The position numbers and the translations under genes are program-made. Below, one piece after another: positions 58,924 through 64,000 of a stretch of DNA of 64,000 nucleotides. Source of the DNA: Candidatus Kapaibacterium sp. GTDB lineage: Bacteria; Bacteroidota; Ignavibacteria; Kapaibacteriales; UBA2268. Position 1 is the first letter of the stretch, and each line of letters starts with the position of its first letter. The notes below the pieces were generated by a model, which did not search any database, had not been told where the DNA came from, and saw only the letters and a list, made by a program, of their open reading frames with translations. The stretch covers positions 404,511-468,510 of the forward strand of contig OY761611.1 of assembly GCA_963664875.1 (NCBI GenBank). Reading direction: 5' to 3'.

Positions 58924-61900
58924 ATGTTTTTAGCAAAAATCTCAATAAATAGACCTATCATGGTCACTATGGGTATTTTGGTTCTAATGATTTTTGGTGC
59001 TATTGCTTATACAACTTTAAATCTAAACAGAACTCCTGAAGTTGATATACCTTTTATCACTATACAGACTATTTACCCGGGTGCCGGACCAAAAGAAATA
59101 GAAACACAGATTTCTAAAAAAATTGAAGACGCCGTAGCAACAGTTAGTGAAATCAAACGAATTGAGTCTTACTCTTTAGATGGTGTTTCCATCGTTATGA
59201 TTGAGTTTAACTTGTCTAAAGACGTAGATGTGGCAAGTCAGGAAGTTAAAGATAAAATTGATGTTATAATTAACGAATTACCTGATGATGCAGAAGATCC
59301 AATTACTGAAAAATTTGACTTTTCAGCTGAACCAATAGTTGATATTGTGCTTAGTGGCAAAAATCAAACTCCACAAGAACTTTTCGATATTGCTGACAAA
59401 CAGCTTAAAGACAGATTTTCGCAGATAAAAGGTGTCGCAAATGTTGAATTGGTTGGTGGTCAGGAAAGAGAAATTCAAGTACAATTAGATAATAAAACTG
59501 TATTTGAAAATTACATTTCCTTGCCTCAGTTGATGCAAATACTGAAAGCACACAATATGGATTTGCCGGGAGGCTATTTCAATATCGGAGATTTGGAATA
59601 TACTGTTCGTGTTGAAGGTGAATATGATAAGCTTGAAGATATGCGTGAGCTCGAAATACCAACTGCTTTCGGCAACAAGAAACTCAAACAACTTGCAGAT
59701 GTTGTTGATGGAGGGAAAAAAATAAGAGAGCGTGCTGTTTACTTCAACAACAACACAAAAACTCGAGACGAGAATGTTGTTAGGTTATCTATTGTAAAAA
59801 GTTCAGAAGGTAATGAAGTAGATGTTGCCGATGAAATAAAAGCAAAATTACCGGAAATCAAAGAAACTTTACCGGAGGGCTGTAATCTTGAATTGATCAA
59901 TGACAAATCTACATTTACAAGATCAACGGTAGATGATACAATAAGCAATATTATTCTTGGTGTATTATTTACATCCATAGTATTGCTGTTCTTTTTACAT
60001 GATTTGCGATCTACTTTTATTATCGCTCTATCAATGCCTACATCAGTAATCATAACATTCCTATTGATGCAATATGCAGGATTTACTCAAAATATGATGT
60101 CGCTGATGGGTATCTCGGTGTCTATTGGTGTTTTGGTTGCAAACTCTGTAGTTGTGCTTGAAAATATTTTTAGACACAAGAGTATGGGCGTGGAAAAGAA
60201 ACAGGCTGCGTTCAAAGGTACTGCAGAAGTAACTGTAGCAGTTGTAGCTTCTACTTTGACAAACATTGTAGTATTTGTGCCTCTGGGTAATATTAGCTCT
60301 ATCGTTGGTGAATTCTTAAAAGAGTTAGCTTTCACAGCTGCATTCGCAACTATAGTTTCACTATTAATGTCATTTACATTGACTCCAATGCTTGCCTCAT
60401 TAATTCTACCCGAAAAGCAAAAAACGGGTGCAATAAGCAGATTTATCGAATCAATGTTAGATGGTTTGTCAAATCTATATGGTGGAACATTAAACTGGGT
60501 AATGAAAAATAAAATCATTTCCACAGTTGTAGTAGTCTCAAGTTTTGCATTTTTTGTTTGGACAATGGACTTCTACGGTAGCCGATTAAGTGGTGAATTC
60601 ATGCCAAACATGGACGATGGAAAGATTAAAGTTGAAGTGGAATTGCCACAGGGTTATAATCTTGATCAAACTGCAAAAGTAATGGAAGATGTTGAGCAGA
60701 GATTAAGCAAGTTTGAAGATATTGACCACACAATAACAAATCTTGGCAAAAAAGGTCAGATGGATATTGGTACAAACATGGCAGTAATGGAAGTTTATTT
60801 CAACAAAGCAAGCGAAAGATATACAGGCATAGTTGATTATACAACATATTTGACGAAAGAATTATCCGAAGTTCCTAACGCAGATATAAAAGTATCACTT
60901 TTAGAAAGTATGGGCGGAGGCTCTGCACCAATCGAATTTTTTATTCTTGGTCAGAACTTGGATACTTTAGAATCTTTAAAAACAATGTTCTATGAAAAAA
61001 CTAAAACAATACCAGGTCTTATCAACTATGATTTTAGTTCAAGACCGGGCAAACCTGAAATTACTGTTACTCCTAAAAGGGATAAAATAACGCAAGCAGG
61101 TCTAACTGCCACAGAAATCGCTCTTACCGTCCGTTCTGCAGTAGAAGGTATGGTTGCAACACAATTTAAAGAAAAAGGAAATGAGTACGATATACTTGTA
61201 ACCTTAGATAGAGCATCCGTGGATACACCTGAAGAAATTAAGAACATACCGATTGTATCACAAAACGGTGTAGTTTATCGATTGGCACAGTTAGCTGATG
61301 TAGAATTTACAAGCGGGGTTTCTAAAGTAATCCATAGAGACAAATATACTGCTATTAAATTCACGGGATATAATGCTCCGGGAACTGCAACAGGTGATTT
61401 GCTTAAAGCACTTGAAGAAAAGATGAAAGATACAAAATTGCCTGAGGGGTACCAATATAAATGGGCAGGTACTACAGAAATGCAAAATGAAATGATGGCA
61501 GATCTTGCATTTGCAGGATTATTAGCTATCGTCTTAACTTATATGCTTCTTGCAGCTATGCTTGAAAGTTTCTGGCAACCGGTACTCATCCTGGCAACAT
61601 TACCATTAGCATTTATCGGTGTGTTTATTCTTATGTACTATACAGATACAAATATTGGTCTGACTGCTCTTATGGGTATGATTATGTTGATTGGTATCGT
61701 AGTTAATAATGCAATTTTGATACTTGATTATGTAAATCAGCTTATAAGAGAAGAGGGTTATACAGCAAAAGACGCATTACTAAAAGCTGCTCCTTTGAAA
61801 TTGAAACCAATTTTAATGTCAACAATAGCAATTATTCTTGGTATGTTGCCTATGGCAATGGGCGTAGGTGATGCAGGTAAAGAGATGCGTATTCCTTTAG

Positions 61901-62001
61901 GTATAGTTTCTATTGGTGGTTTGGTAGCCTCTACCCTACTAACACTTTATGTTGTACCTGCGTTTATGTATATTACTTCAAGAAACAAAAAAGCAGCGTA
62001 A
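58924..62001 (+). CDS. RND efflux transporter permease (AcrB/CzcA family)
   Basis: 1025 aa with a 12-TM RND architecture and two large periplasmic loops. Confidence 0.9.
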   Translation: MFLAKISINRPIMVTMGILVLMIFGAIAYTTLNLNRTPEVDIPFITIQTIYPGAGPKEIETQISKKIEDAVATVSEIKRIESYSLDGVSIVMIEFNLSKDVDVASQEVKDKIDVIINELPDDAEDPITEKFDFSAEPIVDIVLSGKNQTPQELFDIADKQLKDRFSQIKGVANVELVGGQEREIQVQLDNKTVFENYISLPQLMQILKAHNMDLPGGYFNIGDLEYTVRVEGEYDKLEDMRELEIPTAFGNKKLKQLADVVDGGKKIRERAVYFNNNTKTRDENVVRLSIVKSSEGNEVDVADEIKAKLPEIKETLPEGCNLELINDKSTFTRSTVDDTISNIILGVLFTSIVLLFFLHDLRSTFIIALSMPTSVIITFLLMQYAGFTQNMMSLMGISVSIGVLVANSVVVLENIFRHKSMGVEKKQAAFKGTAEVTVAVVASTLTNIVVFVPLGNISSIVGEFLKELAFTAAFATIVSLLMSFTLTPMLASLILPEKQKTGAISRFIESMLDGLSNLYGGTLNWVMKNKIISTVVVVSSFAFFVWTMDFYGSRLSGEFMPNMDDGKIKVEVELPQGYNLDQTAKVMEDVEQRLSKFEDIDHTITNLGKKGQMDIGTNMAVMEVYFNKASERYTGIVDYTTYLTKELSEVPNADIKVSLLESMGGGSAPIEFFILGQNLDTLESLKTMFYEKTKTIPGLINYDFSSRPGKPEITVTPKRDKITQAGLTATEIALTVRSAVEGMVATQFKEKGNEYDILVTLDRASVDTPEEIKNIPIVSQNGVVYRLAQLADVEFTSGVSKVIHRDKYTAIKFTGYNAPGTATGDLLKALEEKMKDTKLPEGYQYKWAGTTEMQNEMMADLAFAGLLAIVLTYMLLAAMLESFWQPVLILATLPLAFIGVFILMYYTDTNIGLTALMGMIMLIGIVVNNAILILDYVNQLIREEGYTAKDALLKAAPLKLKPILMSTIAIILGMLPMAMGVGDAGKEMRIPLGIVSIGGLVASTLLTLYVVPAFMYITSRNKKAA

Positions 62002-62083
62002 CGTCTTGTAACAATCTGATATTATTATTTAATTAGAGACTGACTTATTCAAATTTCTCAATAAGTAACTCAATTCAAATATT

Positions 62084-62130
62084 CAGGACTAAGTTAGGAA
62101 TTTTCCAGACTTGGTCCTCTATTTTTATTG
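62084..62130 (+). terminator. probable intrinsic terminator of the efflux operon
   Basis: aggactaagt/acttggtcct stem with one G-U pair, followed by ctatttttatt. Confidence 0.45.
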
Positions 62131-62267
62131 TATGGAATTTGATCAAACTCATCTAACCTTGTTTATAAAATATATTGATGTGAATAACTTTTGTTGAGCA
62201 AATAATGATGAAATCTACTCGATTTTATTATCTTGTAAAATGTATCTACCACATATAAAACAATACT

Positions 62268-63377
62268 ATGGATAATAACATAAATAAACCGGAATGGGTT
62301 CCTGAGGATGCAGGCTCCGAATTTACAACGAATGTAATGAAAGGAGTTGATTTATCTGCTGTCAAAAAAAATAGAAATCTTAAGATAGTAAAACGTAAAT
62401 CTCTTTCAATCAATGACTATGTCGAAGGTATTAAACAAAACGACTTGTCTATTATGTCTAAAGCAATTACTTTAGTTGAAAGCAACAATCCCCTACACAA
62501 CCGTGAAGCTCAGGATGTTCTGAAAGCTCTTAACGGACTTACCGGTAATTCTGTTAGAGTAGGCATTACCGGACCTCCAGGTGCCGGAAAAAGTACTTTT
62601 ATCGAAGCACTGGGAACATTCTTAGTCAAAAATGGTTTCAAAGTTGCTGTGTTAGCTGTTGATCCAAGCAGTACTGTTACAAAAGGTTCTATTTTGGGCG
62701 ATAAGACAAGAATGGAAATGCTTTCTCGTGAAAAAAATGCCTATATCCGACCTTCACCCTCAGGAGGTTCCTTAGGTGGCGTTGCAAAAAAAACAAGAGA
62801 AACGATTCAAATTTGCGAAGCTGCCGGATACGATGTAATTCTTATAGAAACTGTTGGCGTTGGGCAAAGCGAGACAACAGTGCGTTCTATGGTTGATTTA
62901 TTCATGTTGCTTCTACTCCCCGGTTCTGGTGACGAATTGCAGGGAATTAAGAAAGGTGTTGTAGAATTGGCTGATTTATTAGTAATCAACAAAGCTGACG
63001 GTGACTATAAAACGCGAGCGAATATCACTAAAAATGCTTATGAGAGTGCTCTTTATCTTTTGCAACCTGCAACTGAAGGCTGGAAAACACAAGTTAGAAC
63101 TTGCTCTGCTTTAAATAATATTGACATTGATACTGTTTGGTCAACTGTAAATGAATTTGTACTCAACACTAAAGAATCAGGTGTTTTTGAGAAACGTCGA
63201 AAATCTCAGATATTGGAATGGGTTTATAGTATGATTGAAGACAATCTAAAAACTATTTTCTATAACAATCCGCTTATAAAGCAAAATATGCCTGATATTA
63301 AAAGTAGAGTAATGAAAGGAGATTTGACTCCGGCTTTAGCTGTTGAAGAGTTACTTAGTTATTTCGGGAAATTGTAG
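62268..63377 (+). CDS. meaB: methylmalonyl-CoA mutase-associated G-protein chaperone MeaB/ArgK
   Basis: GITGPPGAGKST P-loop, DPSS, and NKAD G-motifs. There is a ~45-aa N-terminal extension. Confidence 0.8.
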   Translation: MDNNINKPEWVPEDAGSEFTTNVMKGVDLSAVKKNRNLKIVKRKSLSINDYVEGIKQNDLSIMSKAITLVESNNPLHNREAQDVLKALNGLTGNSVRVGITGPPGAGKSTFIEALGTFLVKNGFKVAVLAVDPSSTVTKGSILGDKTRMEMLSREKNAYIRPSPSGGSLGGVAKKTRETIQICEAAGYDVILIETVGVGQSETTVRSMVDLFMLLLLPGSGDELQGIKKGVVELADLLVINKADGDYKTRANITKNAYESALYLLQPATEGWKTQVRTCSALNNIDIDTVWSTVNEFVLNTKESGVFEKRRKSQILEWVYSMIEDNLKTIFYNNPLIKQNMPDIKSRVMKGDLTPALAVEELLSYFGKL

Positions 63378-63378
63378 C

Positions 63379-63963
63379 ATGAAAATTCTTATTGCTTCTA
63401 ACAATAATCACAAAATCCAAGAAATAAATTCTATCTGTGAATCAGTTTTACCCGGATACTTTAAGTTTTTCAAGTTAGATGATATTATTTCTGAGCCATT
63501 CGATGTGGAAGAAACTGGAATTACATTAGAAGAAAATGCAATTTTGAAGGCGAAAGCATATTATCAAATTGCAAAAATGCCGGTACTTGCTGATGATACA
63601 GGCTTAGAAGTAAGAGCACTTGACTATAAACCAGGTGTTTACTCTGCGAGATATTCGGGCAAGCATGGTGATGATGCTGCAAACAGAAGATTGTTGCTTA
63701 AAAACATGGAATCTGAGAGCGATAGATATGCACATTTCAGGACTGTGCTCTGCTTTTTTGATGGTTCTAAAGAGATCATTGTAGAGGGCAAATGTGCCGG
63801 GAAGATTGCTTTTCAAGAAATTGGAGATAACGGTTTCGGTTATGATTCCATTTTCATTCCTGAAGGATATTCAGACACATTTGCAGAGCTATCTACAGCA
63901 GAAAAAAATGCTATTAGTCATAGATTCAAAGCAGTTATGAACTTTGCAAAATTGTTTGTGTGA
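63379..63963 (+). CDS. rdgB: RdgB/HAM1 non-canonical purine NTP pyrophosphatase
   Basis: MKILIASNNNHKIQEI…FGYDSIF motifs. Start is placed 2 nt after the meaB stop. Confidence 0.85.
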   Translation: MKILIASNNNHKIQEINSICESVLPGYFKFFKLDDIISEPFDVEETGITLEENAILKAKAYYQIAKMPVLADDTGLEVRALDYKPGVYSARYSGKHGDDAANRRLLLKNMESESDRYAHFRTVLCFFDGSKEIIVEGKCAGKIAFQEIGDNGFGYDSIFIPEGYSDTFAELSTAEKNAISHRFKAVMNFAKLFV

Positions 63964-64000
63964 AATACATAATATACATATTTCTTATATATTTTTGTTT

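Noticed and set aside
60087-60524. 145-aa minus-strand ORF inside the RND permease gene
   Set aside because: A shadow ORF within a strongly supported 1025-aa gene.
1-64000. CRISPR arrays, tRNA/rRNA genes, transposases, integrases, phage genes
   Set aside because: No direct-repeat/spacer periodicity, no tRNA-like GTTCGA T-loop contexts outside CDSs, and no recombinase-like ORFs were seen. The window appears to be stable core chromosome.

Overview
This is a low-GC (roughly 35%), mostly housekeeping chromosomal segment with about 55 protein-coding genes and no detectable rRNA, tRNA, CRISPR array, transposase or integrase. Several genes have clear AGGAGG/GGAG Shine-Dalgarno sequences, and three proteins end in type-A T9SS C-terminal sorting domains. 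Together this suggests an FCB-group lineage other than classical Bacteroidia (Ignavibacteria/Chlorobi-like), which is an inference only. Core functions present include: serine biosynthesis (serA-like, DUF1015, serC), ftcD, panD, rpe, dapF, recN, prmA, kdsC, pyrC, rnhB, a folE plus PTPS pair, purL, a TetR-TolC-MFP-RND efflux operon, meaB and rdgB. The most accessory-looking stretch is 8850-19020. It encodes a translationally coupled DUF1800 / DUF1501 / 1681-aa LamG+Ig-repeat T9SS cargo operon, flanked by a TonB-dependent receptor and a tandem-OmpA-domain protein. This operon is the best candidate for an uncharacterised system in the window. Other points of interest are: a perfect 28-bp palindrome in front of the serA-DUF1015 operon; a LonC-like protease whose Walker A lysine is replaced by arginine; a thioredoxin / CxxxxC membrane protein / DUF1858 overlapping trio; and a eukaryote-type PTPS next to folE. 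All calls were made by reading the translations by eye. No database search was run.
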